Positions 50,160 through 63,570 of a DNA stretch of 64,000 nt are shown piece after piece. The DNA lies in contig NW_024704743.1 in the NCBI RefSeq assembly GCF_018977255.1, positions 10,108,001 through 10,172,000 on the forward strand, written 5' to 3'. The notes beneath the pieces are model-generated. The model worked only from the letters and a program-made list of their open reading frames with translations, was not told the DNA's origin and made no database searches. This DNA is from Callorhinchus milii. Lineage: Eukaryota. A program made the translations under genes and the position numbers. Within the stretch, counting starts at the first letter, position 1; every line of letters starts with the position of its first letter.

Positions 50160-50445
50160 GTAAGACTCACAGTCAGTCTAAGATGGCACTCCAAAGCAGT
50201 GCTGGGAGATATTCAATAGTCCCTTGGCACTATTCAAAAAGAGAAGGGAGTTTCTCCTAGTGTCCTGGCCAACAAACCCCCAAATAGAAAAGAATGGTCC
50301 TTTACCTCATAGCTGTTTGTGGGACATTCCTGTGCACAATTAGATTGCTGTGTTTGCCTACAAATACAATCACTCCACTTCACAACAAAATCCTGAGAAG
50401 CATTTCGGGATGTTCTCTGGACATGAATGCAAGTATTATTATTAC
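50160..50445 (+). mobile_element. Degraded Deu-domain SINE
   Basis: ggcactattcaaaaagagaagggagtttctcctagtgtcctggccaac...gctgtttgtgggacatt. Confidence 0.7.
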
Positions 50446-50759
50446 CATTATGTAATTTGGCACAATTCTCTGAATGCTGTGGACTAAATTATTTTGGCAA
50501 ACATGGACTGAATATTGAAAGTAATATGGTGCCAAGAAACTGCAACCAAGTAAGATTTCTGCAAGAATTCTTTTTCCTGAAAAGAACATTATTATTGATG
50601 CAATTATTCATGTTATGTGTAAATCTCATTATAAATAATTTTGTCCATTTTGACTTATGGAACACAATAGGATTTCACTGTATATATTATTGATAATGGA
50701 TATTGCATTGTTGTATTATTATTATGAATGGATATTGCAAAATACACTTTGCATCTTTT

Positions 50760-51080
50760 GTGGAGTCCTGCAGCTCAGTGGTTAGAGCACTTGCTTTGCA
50801 AGCGAGAGACCTGGGTTGAATTCCAGGCAGGGCGAAACCTTGGGCAAGTTTCCTTACTCCACGCGCCTAATAATAATCCCTCCAAAAAACCAAAACAATA
50901 ATAAATTGGTCATTTTCAATCCATGACTGTTTGTGGGACACTGCTGTGTGCAATTGGTTGCCGTGTTTCACCCACAAATATACAGTAATTTCACTTTACA
51001 GTATATTCTGTGAAGCGCTTTGGGACGTCCTCCCGACGTGAAAAGAGCTATATCAAATGCAAGGATTATTATTATTATTA
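50760..51080 (+). mobile_element. Full-length young tRNA-SINE, short form (CTCCC loop)
   Basis: Head, core and tail close to 4763-5080. Confidence 0.96.
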
Positions 51081-51689
51081 ATAATAAATAATTGAACACA
51101 ATTCCCATATTCAGCAGATATTATTTTTTGGCCTTCGAATTATTACAACTGTACAGCAGAACCATAGAAACTCACTGGTTAAACTTGTAACCATCTGGAA
51201 AACAGCAGTTCCAAATAAATCTATTAGAACCATTACTTGTTTTGGCAGGCAGTCAACCAGCTACAAAACTTCCCTGCTGATGGCAGTGTCCACAGCTCAG
51301 CAGGGTCACTTCATTAAAGTTTGCTCCTGCTGGTGAATTCTGTTCACTTGTAGCTGAAAATATCTATTTTCCTGATTAGATTGAGTAATCCCAATGTCTC
51401 AACTAACCGTCCAGATAATGTGCTTCACTGCTCTGACTGCTTTTGGTGACCTCTAAATTCCAACTGTACTTGCTCAGTGTCGACGACTCCTTCCGTAACT
51501 TCTTTGAGACAATCTTACCCACTACCTTGCATTTATATAGCGCCCTTCATGTAGGATAGCATCTCGCAGCGCTTCACAATAGTGGGGTCTTTTATTGAGC
51601 AAGGTAGAAGCGAAGAGGAAGTGGGGAGACGCGGAGATGACTGTAGGAATGGAATTTTTTAGAGGCAGGATTTAAAGACAGATAAAGAT

Positions 51690-52005
51690 GTGGAGTCCAG
51701 TAGCTCAGTGGTTAGAGCACTCGCCTCACAAGCAAGAGACCTGGGTTTGATTCCCAGCAGGGCGAAACCTTGGGCAAGTTTCCTTTCTCCACATGCCTGA
51801 TAATAATCCCTCAAGAAAAAAAACAATAATAAATTGGTCACTTCAATCTACGACAGTTTGTGGGACACTGATGTGCACATTTGGCTGCCGTGTTTCACCC
51901 ACAAATATACAGTCAATTCATTTTACAGTATATTCTGTGAATCGCTTTGAGATGTCTAGCAGACGTAAAAAGCGCTATATCAAATGCAAGGATTATTATT
52001 ATTAT
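51690..52005 (+). mobile_element. tRNA-SINE, short form, nested in a minus-strand L2 tail (51525-52080)
   Basis: Full head (CAC triplet); tail gatgtctagcagacgt. Confidence 0.93.
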
Positions 52006-54044
52006 CAAGATGAAGGAGATGGAATGGTAGGGAGAAGGTCTGGAGGTTAAGGGAGTAGGAACTGAAGAGAATAGCTTCTAGCTTTCTAAATGCACATCGT
52101 TGCTATTGAATACTATAAATGCAACATTAGATTGATCGTACATATAAAGTGCCATTACTGTTATTTATAAACCAATAGTGACACATTTGCTCAGTGTTTC
52201 GAATAGCACAGGAAAGGGGTTAACCCACATCAACAATTCGACTACTTTGATTAGACAGTGCAGAATAACTATGGAATCTAATATTGAATGCATTTCAGAT
52301 CCTTGGGTCTGACCATGAAAATTTAATGTGTTTTGGTGTGGGTGATTGCAGGACCTTATACCGAGGTATTATGCCTGTTCAGATCGATGTTAAAGATCCT
52401 ATGGCACAATTCCAGAAGAGAAGGGAGTTACTCCCAGTCTCTTGGCCAATAATCTTCCAGATAAAATTAGTGGTCAGCTGGAAGATTGGATTTCAATGAC
52501 TTTCATTTTTAATTAAAATTAATCAAACAATTACAAAACCGATATTGGCATTTACCGTAATTTTTCGACCCTGAAAAAGCCGACACATAAAAAAGACAAT
52601 AAATACACTTAGCTGGAAATTCCGGCTCAGAAGACCAGATTCTCTCTTCCCTCCCACTCCTCCCCATTGGTCCAGCTAGCCAGGGTTTTAGTGTACGTAA
52701 ATGTAAACTAAATTATTGTTGTTGTTGGATAGACTGTAAGTGTCTTTTCCAGACCTTGTACATTCCTATGATCCTATATTTCTATGGCAAGGTATGAACA
52801 CAGCACTGTATTAAGGTTTGTAACAAACATGGCAACTAAGTTCCTGCTTGGAAGGAGTTCAAATTGTTATTTTTAATTGTAACTGAGAGGAAGTCTAAAG
52901 TAGCATTGAAACAGCCTTTTGTTTGACACGATGGCAATGATTCAGAGAAAACAACAGGAATTTAATTCATCCAGGTCGGCTTTGGGTTTGATGAGTGTAG
53001 CTATGATCAGTTGGGTCATTTTCAAGGTTGACAGGGTTGCCAGAGATCAGTTCAGACCACCTTCGAGCTTTGTGGCTTTTGCTGGGACGGGTCATGGAAA
53101 GATTTGATTGACAAGTTTAGGTGAGTTCAGATCAAACTCGCCAGAATCACCTTCCCAGGATTTAATTGCCTTATACACAGAAGTAATGATTATGTGGAAT
53201 GGCCTGCCCAGGAGGAATCAAGAGTGTCAATAAATTAAACAGGTAGTTAGATAGTTATTAAGCAAATAAATCTATTAAGGAGTGTAGGAAATGGAATCAT
53301 GATTTTTTTTACTTGAAACAAATAATACAATGCATATGTCTTTTCCGATGTTGTTAGAATCAGAGAATTGCTGCCACATTTCACCCACAAAATACACAGT
53401 CTATCCACTTTCCAATATATTCTGTGAAGTGCTTTGAGTGATCTCAATGACGTGATAATTGACTATATCAATGACTATATCAAATGCAAGGATTATTTAT
53501 TATTTTTTAAAATTATTTTTCATCTGCCCATGTTATCCATGCTGACTTTCTGTAAGAACTATCTACTTTTCCGCCATGGCATTTTATATTTTTTCTCTTT
53601 TTCGTGTTCGCCTAGAAAAAAACAATCATTACACTTCACAGTGAATCCTACGAAGCACTTTGAAACGTCTCCGGATGTGAAAGGCACTATTTGAATGGCG
53701 AAGATTATTATTGTTGTGAATATTCATCGAATTCCCTTTTCAAAGCTAATATTAATTTTGTTCAGACACTATTTATGAGAAAGCATTACATGCACTAATA
53801 GCCCTTTGTATTTTCACAAAATCTCCTAAAGTCTTTGTCATCTTTGGTGATAAGTTCATGTCCTATAATTACTGATTCACCAAACAGTGGTAATAGTTTT
53901 CCTCTACTTATCTTATCAAAACCCCTTACAGTTTTGAAATCCCCTATTTCTACTTTGTTTTAGCTGTAATCCCATGCAGTTTTATTTCCTGTATTTTGCC
54001 TCTCACATTTTTAATTTTGAGTGAATTCAAATGCCATGCATTAC

Positions 54045-54450
54045 AATGCCAGGCTCCATGAGCCTATCACCACCATCCTTGCTCCACCTGCTCCCCATCC
54101 CCCAGCGGATCAAATTTGAGGTCCTCTACCGTACATTTAAACCCCTCTATGGTGTTGCCTCACCCTATCACTGCCACCTCCTTTACCCTTACTAACCTGG
54201 CTGTTCCCTTTGCTTAACTGACACTGGCCTACTTCATGTCCCCACTCTATTTACCCCATCATCGGCAGGCAGGCTTTCAACCACTTGGCGCCCATTCTCC
54301 GCACTTCCATTCTCAGGTCTCATTTCTTCCTCCATTCCCTATTTCAAGATGTGCTTCAAAAAACTATGCTTTTTAAGCATAGTTTTTTGAAGCATTTAAA
54401 ACTATCCTTTTTAACTATGCTTTCAGCCATTTTTCTCCTCCTCACTCCCC
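54045..54450 (+). mobile_element. Old L2 3' remnant
   Basis: ccccatcccccagcggatcaaattt...atcggcaggcaggctttcaaccac, homologous to 48700-49160. Confidence 0.65.
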
Positions 54451-54734
54451 TTCTTCAACTACCTTTCCTAGTAACGCATTCCTTATATTGATTGCCCTTT
54501 CTATAAAGAAATATTTCTTGGTGTCTGTCCTAAAATTGCCCTTCCCAGGCAACTGCATGATCCCGATCCCTTAATTTTCTTGCTTTGATAACTCTGCAAG
54601 TAATTTGCAGGGTGTACCTACTCTATGCCATTAAACACGTGTACAAGTCTTTTTTTTAAAGATTAAGGAGCACTAGATTGTCTTATCATTTCTCATAGCT
54701 CATTCCTCTAACAATGGGGTGATTGATTTGCCTT

Positions 54735-55003
54735 GTAACTTGGTTCGGGTCTGGCCTCCTCCTTGTCCCCTGAGTTCTCTACTCCAACAGCCACAAATAG
54801 ACAGCCACTATGCCCCGAGGCTCCCTTCCTCACTCCCTACGCCTCACCCCCTCTCTTCCTATTTTCAGCTCTCTGCTGAAGACCTTTCTTTTCGACCGCG
54901 CCTTTGGTCACCTTCCTCCCCCTCCCCCTGGCTCGTCCCTGGGATCCGTTACTGTAAAGCGCTCTGAGACGCCGTCCGGCGTGGAGGCCGTTATATAAAT
55001 CAC
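54735..55003 (+). mobile_element. L2 3' end (tail type A)
   Basis: Reverse complement of ~43030-43310; tail gcgctctgagacgccgtccggcgtggagg. Confidence 0.88.
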
Positions 55004-56749
55004 AAAGAACTATCACATTTAATATTGAATGGTTGATTCTAACCATAACACATGAATTCCCAGCTCATGACAGAAGGGAGATTATACAGCAACATCAGCA
55101 TAAATGATTAAAACTCGGAGCAACCGAAACAGAAGATAGTGTCTGAGGACGAAGATTTAGCCCTGTGCAAACATCTCCACCCACCACATTACTCATTCCT
55201 ATCAAATGAATAATGACTGCAAATTCCACTGCACTGAATATTTGTGGGTCTAGATTAAATGATTTTGGTTTGTTGCTGCCATAGTTACACTCGGCCATCT
55301 TTTGTATCATCTTATCACTGTGGTGATAAATCTCGCCTTTTTGACTAACTGCCAAGGTGCAGAGCTTCTATATTAATGAACCTTCTGCACACTTTCATGG
55401 TCAGAAAGAAGGATGTTTGAACTTATGAGATGGCTTTGGGACTGTCTATAAGAATGTCACAGGCAAAATAACAACAGTGACATCACACACCTTCCCATTC
55501 AGTTGAGACTGTTAATTTGTTGTTGATTTAAGGCTGGTTTGTTGCTGCCACCAACAAATTGTTGAAGAAAGGCTACAGATTCATCTCATATAGTAACCTT
55601 ACAACTAAGAGAGATGTTTATGGAATCAATCTGGACTTGATTCAAACGGAAGTCATCAAGAAACAAGATATGATGGAGCACGGCAAGCACAAATATGGGG
55701 CTCTAAACATGAGTGTAAAACTTAAGAACTTGTTTTTTTATAGCAACTATAATGTGGAAATGCCTCAGAGTTTAGAATGTTCAAGAACTGAACAACAGGT
55801 GCCTCTGCCTGGCATAGTTTGTTGCAACCTTTGTCTTTGGGTCAGAAGGTTGTGGATTCAAGCCTCACGTGGTGTTAAGACTAAGACTTAATTTCAGCCC
55901 TCAGATTCACTCACTTGCCAATGTGTTACAAATCATTCGCCTACAAACAGACAGTTACTACACTTTACAGTAAATCATGTAAAGTGCTTTCAGACTTCTT
56001 CCTGACATGAAAGGCATTATATCAAATGCAAGGCTTATTATTACGTCAACCTATCTCTTCCTAGCTATCTCATGCACCTGAAAAAAGCCCGGGATGGTTA
56101 CAGGTCTTACCTCCATGATACATTATATGGCCTTGTTTTATGGGATGTCGAGGACACTTCATATCTCATTGTGTTGGAAGTGGTCTACGATTCTCAAGCA
56201 GAACCCTTGCATCTTCCTTTTTCTGATTTCTCCGCTTGCAAATTTGCACAAAGTTTGCCTTGAGAAACTGAAGAAATGTCTGACTGGGTTGACCAATAAA
56301 GTTTGGCTAACATTTGTCAGAGTTTAGAGAAAACAAAGAACTAGCCAAACAAGTAAAAATATTCAACTAATTTGTGGCAAATTAAAAATTAGGAAACAAA
56401 CACTTAAAAAAACATTGGCAGCTATGACATTGAAATCACTATTACTGAAAACTAAAATCATCTCACTTGCTATAAACTGGGTTCTTACAATGACGCAGGT
56501 GTGTAGAACTATTTGTGTTCAAATTAATTTTGTGCAACTCTTAAAATTGACTACTTTTCCCTTTAATTCACAGCATATTTTGTCCTAGTGAATTATTTTT
56601 CAAATTCAACTTTCCACTTTTCACTTCATTAAAAGTTACACAAGTTTTCATCCATTAAAACTTCCTTTGTTCATGTTGTGCAGTTCTTTTACTTTTACAG
56701 CAGATTGCACACACCATACCTCTTTGACCTCCTGCAATGTTTAGGATGA

Positions 56750-57080
56750 TCTGGTTGGACAAGCAGCGGGAAAGCTTGCCAGGCAGCAATATCAATGGCA
56801 AGCTATGTGGTTTCAGCTGATTAGACTCCAGCAGTTACCCCAATGCACACTCCAGAGTCCCCAAGCATTGGCTCCTGCCAACCTCCGCCTAATACTTTTC
56901 GGAATTAGGTAAGCAGGATGCGTCCTTCCAGGGAGAGAGTGCACATTCCATTCCAACAATCTATCTCTGGGATTTCCATGTGTAGGTTGGATGCATGGAA
57001 TTTTCTGTTTGGTTTGGATACTCTTAAGCATGGTGATGGGTTTCCGGATGTGGCAGACACCCGGCTGACTAAAAAAAATG
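56750..57080 (-). repeat. Unclassified structured repeat, copy
   Basis: Reverse complement of ~23322-23635; ends at ccggctgactaaaaaaaa on the plus strand. Confidence 0.82.
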
Positions 57081-58169
57081 TTCTCCTGGCATAAAGTATA
57101 TTAAATAAATTTAATATGTCATTTTATCTTGGCTCAGTTGGTAGCAGTCAGAACTTTGTCAGAAGTTTATAAGTGTAAAACCAACATTGAAACTTGGACC
57201 TCTCAGTATAGGTTGATCCTCCAGGGCAGTACTTAGGAAGAGCTGCATTGTTGAAGGCAGTTTCTTTCATGTGATTTATTAAAATGAGGTGTTTTCTGCC
57301 TGGGTGGGCATTAAAGATACCATGATATTGTTCAAAAACAAAGTCCTGGACAACAATTCTCCAGATAACTAGGCTGTTGTTGAGATTTTGCAGTGTGTAA
57401 ATTGGCGACCAATCATTGGCTTAGGAATATGCAGTCACTACACTTGACAGCAAATACTGGTATTTTGACACACTTTGAGGCATTTTGACACAATAATAGA
57501 TGCAATGATTACTTGCCTATTGGCAGGCAGGTTTTCAGCCATTCTGCCCCAGTTCTCTGGAGTTCCATTCCAGAATGCCTCTGACTCGTGGGAGTTCTTC
57601 CCTTTATTCAAGGCCAATTTCAAAACATACCTCCTTACCACACTTTCTGTCGTCTTCTCCCTCCCACCCACCTCAGCTCGAGAGCCCAACTAGCATTGTC
57701 AAGTGCAATGAGATGTCCTCCTGACATGGAAGGCATAAATTGTATGGTATTATATGAGTAACTGACATATGCATAGAAATGTTCCTGCCTCGCAGCATTA
57801 TAGTTGCGAGCTCTGAAATGAGGGTGGCATTTGAGGTCACCTTGGAATTCCTAAAGTACTTCATGCAGAAGTGCCCTTTGAGTCTCAAGAGCCTTAAGCA
57901 TTAACTTCCACTGAAGTCAAGAGACTTCCACAGCATCTTGTAAACTGTTATCTTCCTCATTTCCTGAGCCCATCATCATCCTGCTAATGTTTAGTTCCTG
58001 GGTCTTGGCTGATTTGAGCAGAATATGTTTCTGGGATTGCAATTTAGTGCTTTGGATGTATTAAGACAATCTACAATCTTGAATTAGTTGAATTAGCCTG
58101 ACAATACATATACATATATGCTCCAGCTGAACCTCAACGTACACTCTGGGTTCCATACGCCTTAGATAT

Positions 58170-58385
58170 GGGAGAACAAGCACATTCCATTCTAGACACA
58201 AGAAAATTTCCATGGGTTAATGGCTTAGATTTGTGGAACTCCCAAGCCAGTTTACAACAACAACAATTTGTATTTATACAGTGACCTTCAAACAGGAGTA
58301 GCATCTCAGAGTGCTGTTTTAGATACTCTTAAGTATGGTGATGGGTTTCTGCATGTGTTATACATCCAGCTGACCAAAACAAAAA
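58170..58385 (-). repeat. Unclassified repeat fragment split by an L2 tail (58255-58318)
   Basis: gatactcttaagtatggtgatgggtttctgcatgtg...cagctgaccaaaac. Confidence 0.7.
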
Positions 58386-59542
58386 CATTGGCCTGACTGG
58401 AGAAACAGCCTGAATGTTCAACTTCTATTTCCACATTCAGTAATGCCCAATGCTCAGAGAAAATAGGAGATAAGGAATTTTCCTTGTGGAAATTGGCAGT
58501 AGTGTGTGTGGTTACACAGTAGTTATCTTGCTGCGGTATCAGCAGTGCAACACATTACAGGCATTCACTTCTGGAAAACAATGGCGATAACCATGTCAAC
58601 ATCACAGTAACCACAATGTCCACCATGCCTCAACTGCTTACATATGACACACACTGCGCTTGGTTTAGATAGGTTAAGCGATGGGTTGGGCACAGAGTGT
58701 GATTTGCCAGAAGTGAGGTTTGGCAGCTAAGGGAGGAGGTCCTTTAAATAAGGTGTACCTCTTTGAGGGAAGAAAATGGAAGCAGCCCATCAATACATAT
58801 TGAAATACAGGTAGAAACCGCCAAAATAATTAATTTGGTGCAGGGAGTGAAATGGTGTGGATAAGGACTATACACACATTCACACATACTCAAGGTGTCT
58901 CAGTTGAATAATGTCAACCTTGCCTATGAGCTCAAGCCACCAAAATAGGTCTTGAACCCTCAATGCACAGTATAGACCTCAACGTGGTTGATGACAGTCA
59001 TCTGTCAGTTGCCCATTGGATATCAAGAGGAAATAATCTTCCGTGATGAGTGCTCACTGTGCTTTGTGAAGGAAAGGAGCCTCATTCAATGAATGTGCAT
59101 TGGACACATGTGTAGCGAATTCCCCAACTGTATTAGTTTCGAGGGTTCCAGCTATAATTTTGTTTTCTTATATCAATGCATAATAGACTGACTCATATCA
59201 ACACTGTCAATGGGCAGAGGCTAAGGTGACAATAACACAGAATGAGAGGGCAGAGCTGTTCCATGAGTGCTGATAAAGCTGAGATAACTGTAAACCCAGT
59301 TCCAAACCTTTCTTCAATTTGGAACAAATTGTTGTGATAGTTCCTCTGCTCGTCTGAGAGAGCCAGTGTGAGTTAGGGATCTATAAAATTGGACTCTAGG
59401 TCAGGATCTCCTTTTCATTTGACATAATCCTGCAAAAATAATAAATTATGATGTATGAGCGATAATTAGATAAGATATTTATCTTCACTCTTGAAAAGAG
59501 GGGAACTTAAAGAGGTATACAAGATTAAAAGTGTAAATTAAT

Positions 59543-59906
59543 GTGGAGTCCTGTGGCTTAGTGGTTGCTTCACAAGCGAGATAGCTGGGTTCGATTCCCG
59601 GCAGGGCAAAATATTGGGCAAGTTTCCTTACTCCACATGCCTCCACTTACCTAGCAGTAAGTAGGAATCCAATTGTTAATCGATTGGCGGATCGCGTTTC
59701 CGGGAGTAATAATTCCACAAAAAAGTTATAATAATAAATTGTTCACTCAATCCTCGAGTGTTTGTGGGACACTGCTGTGCATAATTGGCTGCCATTTTTC
59801 GCCCACAAAATATACAGTCAAATCACTTTACAATATATTCTGTGAAGCACTTTGAGATGTCTGATAAGGCACTACATCAAATGCAAGGATTATTATTTAT
59901 TATTAT
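59543..59906 (+). mobile_element. tRNA-SINE, long form, nested in a CR1 3' remnant (59480-60195)
   Basis: ttacctagcagtaagtaggaatccaattgttaatcgattggcggatcgc segment; the CR1 RTRGHRFK..YFF stretch follows the SINE. Confidence 0.9.
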
Positions 59907-60526
59907 AAATCCATACTTGTGGATGCACCAAGACAGCAGAACGAGAGGACACAGGTTTAAGAATGCAGAAAGCAATTTCAGTATAGACACAAGGATGTAT
60001 TTCTTTGCTCAGAGCATATTGAAATTAACAACTGGAACAGATTACCAGTTAGGAAGATTGAAACCAGGATCCTGGACTCATTTCAAAACAGCTTGATACT
60101 GTAATGGGAAATTGGTAGATATGATGGGCATTCTGGACGAATGAGATCGAATGGGCTGAAGGGCCTTCTTCATCTAAACCTCTCTTGTGATCTGGTGATA
60201 TAACTGCAGCAACATTTCCTCTTACATTCTTGATCTTCTTTTATAAATCCCACTAATAGGCTTTTTGGTTGTTTGCTGCACCTGTGAACTATCTTGAGGT
60301 GATTCATGTAGCTGGACCCTTCAATCTCTTTCATCTTCTCTTCAATGTTTTCCCATTTGAAAGTATTCAACAATTAAATTTGCTTCATGACTCTTTGGGA
60401 CTTCCTCCTGTCTTGAAAGGAGCTATAAATGTAAACTTTTTTTGTTTCTAGCTGTTTGTAGGACATTGCTGTGTGAAAATTGGCTGCCGCATTTGTCTAC
60501 AGATACACAGTCACCACACTTCATTG

Positions 60527-60840
60527 TATTGTCCCACAAACAACCATGAAGTGAATGACCAATTTTATTTGTTGGCTATTTGTTGAGGATTGTTGGCTAG
60601 GACACAAGGTCAAATTCCTTTCTCTTTTCAGAAGAATGCAATGCAATCTTCAACATCCAGCTAAATAGGCAGACAGGACCCCAGATTAATGTTTCATTTG
60701 AAGGATGCCATTGTAAAGATTCCTCCCTTCAGCATTGCACTGGTGTGCCAGCCTAAACTTTGAGCTCAAAGTCCCAGCTTGAACCTACAACCTTTTGACA
60801 CATAAACGAGAATGCTACCAACTGAGCTAGGCTGAAACCA
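60527..60840 (-). mobile_element. Deu-domain SINE (head and core)
   Basis: ttgttggctaggacac...tcttcaacatccagctaaataggcagacaggacc...ttgaacctacaacctt...ctaccaactgagc. Confidence 0.75.
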
Positions 60841-60841
60841 G

Positions 60842-61715
60842 ATAACAACAACAACTTGCACTTATATAGCGCCCTCCACGCAGGGTAGTATCTCAGAGCG
60901 CTTAACAGTAGTGGAGCCTGACTCCAAGCCGGGAGGAGTGGGGGATGGCCATAAGCACAGTTGAACAGGAAAGTTTTCAGGCGGGACGTGAAAGAGGGGA
61001 GAGAGGGGGCAAGGCAGAGGGATTTAGGAAGAGTGTTCCAGAGGTTTAGGATGTGGTGGCTGAAAGCACAACCTCTGATGGTGGGGCGGAGGGTGTGAGG
61101 GACGAGCGAGAGGCCGGTGCTAGTCAAGCACTGGCGCCGTGGAGGAGTGGGGAGTGAAGAGGTCAGAGAGGTAAGGAGGTGTCAGGGAGTCAATGGATTT
61201 GAACACGAAAGTGAGGATCTTGAAGTTGATCCTTTTGGTGATGGGAAGCCAGTAGAGCCTGGCCATAATTGGTGAAAGTGGGTACGGAGTTTGGTCCGGG
61301 TCAGTATGTGGGCAGCAGAATTTTGAATGAGCTGTATCTTGTGAATGGTGGAGCTGGAGAGACCAATAAGAAGTGCTTTGGAGTACTCCAAGCGGGGAGT
61401 GACAAACGCATGAATGAGGGTTTCGGCTGCATTTGGAGTAAGGTACGGTCGGAAGTGGTCAATGTGGCAGAGGTGGAAGAAAGCGGTCCTGGTCAGGGGG
61501 AGGAAGGACAGTTGGGGGTTGAATCGAATGCTTAGATTGCGCACTGGTTTGGTAAGACTGAGGGGGAGCCCAGGGAGGTTGAGGAGTTTACATCCACAGG
61601 AGTGAAGACGTTGACGGGAGCCAAGAAGTATGGCTTCTGTCTTGTCCATATTCAGCTGCAGGAAGTTTATACTTATCCAGGCCTTGATGTCTGCCAGACA
61701 AGTTGATAGAACATC
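60842..61715 (-). mobile_element. 5'-truncated L2 (type A-like tail)
   Basis: ORF 61182..61649 DKTEAILLGS..VRNL..AFFHL..AETLIHAFVTPRLEYS..IQLIQNSAA; (AAC)n tail. Confidence 0.92.
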
Positions 61716-62539
61716 GCCTTATCCTAAAATTAAAGATAGACAGATAACTAAAGATATCACCTGACGTGTGGTGCCAACTTCCTAATACCCTAATCCGAAT
61801 TCCTTGATTCTTCCTCGAACAATTGATATTTTACGCTTATTGTATTCCCTTTTAAATACTGTTATGGACTTAACCGAAATGGCCAAATAAACCTATGCAT
61901 GAAAAATGTCTCTAACCAACCACTCAACTCTTCCAGTGACAATTCGGAGTTTATGCTTCCTTCTTAGCTCACTGTTGCTGTTATGTCCATGTAAAGATAA
62001 CATGAAATAATAACAACAACAAATTACATTTGTGTAGCGCATTTCACATCAGGAGGACGTCCCTACATAATAATAATGATTCTTATGTTTGGCATAGTGT
62101 CTTTCACATCTCTTCACAGGATATATTGTAAATTGGAGTAACTCTGTGTTTTATAGGCGAAAGCAGCAGCCAATTTGACAATTAAATACTAAATACAATT
62201 TGACCTTGAGTAGCTCTCTTTCCCTGTAACTGATTGAAAACATTTTAGCCCTGCTACCTGGCCCTCATTGAACACAGTGGAGCCAAATTACAATATTCTG
62301 ATTATCTCAGACATTTGGAAGAAGTTGTCAAATAAAATAAAATAAAATAGTCTTATTGCTGAAGCTTGTTTTTTAAAGTTATTTTAAAAACTACAGTTAA
62401 GGCTGTATTCAACAATTGGTCAAGTTCTGGCCTCTCTGAAATGGTAAGAGAATGGAGTAAATCTAGACCTAGGATGGAATTTCTACCCTTCTGTTTCTTA
62501 ATCATCCCTGGGAATAATTTTAAAAAACATGTTATCGCC

Positions 62540-62690
62540 ATCGGTCACCCTCCTACACCTACCCTCCCTGCCCTTCAACCCTCCTGATCCCAACCCCCAG
62601 CTTGGGTGCAAATCCCGGATTATCCAGCACCTTGGGACATCCTCCCGATGTGAAAGACACTATACAAATGTAATTTGTTGTTGTTGTTGG
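62540..62690 (+). mobile_element. L2 3' tail (type B)
   Basis: cagcaccttgggacatcctcccgatgtgaaag...(TTG)n. Confidence 0.8.
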
Positions 62691-63220
62691 AAATGTCCTT
62701 AATGATAGACTTAAGACTGAACCTCCTCAATTGGTCAATTTGGCCACTGCGTTTCAAGCAGATCAAAATTCTATTACTGCGTACACAGATTTTGTGTTGC
62801 TTTGCCAGGTATTGGCTTAAAAAGAATAATTCTTGCATTAGCTGTTTGATATGCTGCCTTATCATGCTAAACATCTAAAAGTATTTCACTATGCTGTAGC
62901 GAACACAGCAGCTAATTTGTGAATGGTAATATTGCATTATCCTGCCATGGAGTGAATGACCATTCTTTTTATCTAATGGAATTGTTTGCCAACACCTTGG
63001 GGAAAAAAATTCCATTCTCCTTTTGAATTATGCCAATAGTTCTTTAACATCCACCTGAACCAGCAAATGAAACCTTGGGGAGGAGGAGAGGACTGGAGGG
63101 GAAGAAGGCTTTCATTCCCAAAGGTATCATGAAAGGTAAGTTTTAAGGACATGTTCTATTGTTTCGCCCACAAAATATACAGTCAATTCACTTTACAGTA
63201 TTTTCTGTGAAGTGCTGGAG

Positions 63221-63570
63221 GTAATAATATAATAATCCTTAGATTTGATATGTAATAATCTTTGCATTTGAGCACCTCACAGAATATACTATGAAATGAA
63301 TTCACTGTATATTTGTGAGCGAAACATGGCAACCAATTGCACACAGCAGTGTCCCACAAACAGTCGTGCATTGAGTGACTAAATTACTATTTTTTTTGGT
63401 GGGGGATTATTATCCCTGGAAAAACGATCTGCCAATTGACTAACAACCGGGTTCCTACTTACTGCTAACTAAACAGAGGTGTGTGGAGTAAGGAAATGTG
63501 GCCAAGAGTTCTCCCTGCCGGGAATTGAACCCAGGGCCTCTCGCTTGCGAGGCAAGTGCCACTAGGCTAT
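63221..63570 (-). mobile_element. tRNA-SINE, long form, nested in a plus-strand SINE tail (63161-63620)
   Basis: The host tail is split between ctgtgaagtgct and gacgtaataaggc; the insert has the ~60 bp segment and a CGC triplet. Confidence 0.88.

Noticed and set aside
52919..53126. Plus-strand exon ending at TTAG|GTGAGT
   Set aside because: Good donor but no convincing acceptor or open frame; expected by chance in 64 kb.
60450..60545. Second twin-priming inversion
   Set aside because: The pieces are convergent and overlap in the core, which is the wrong geometry; two separate old SINE fragments explain it.
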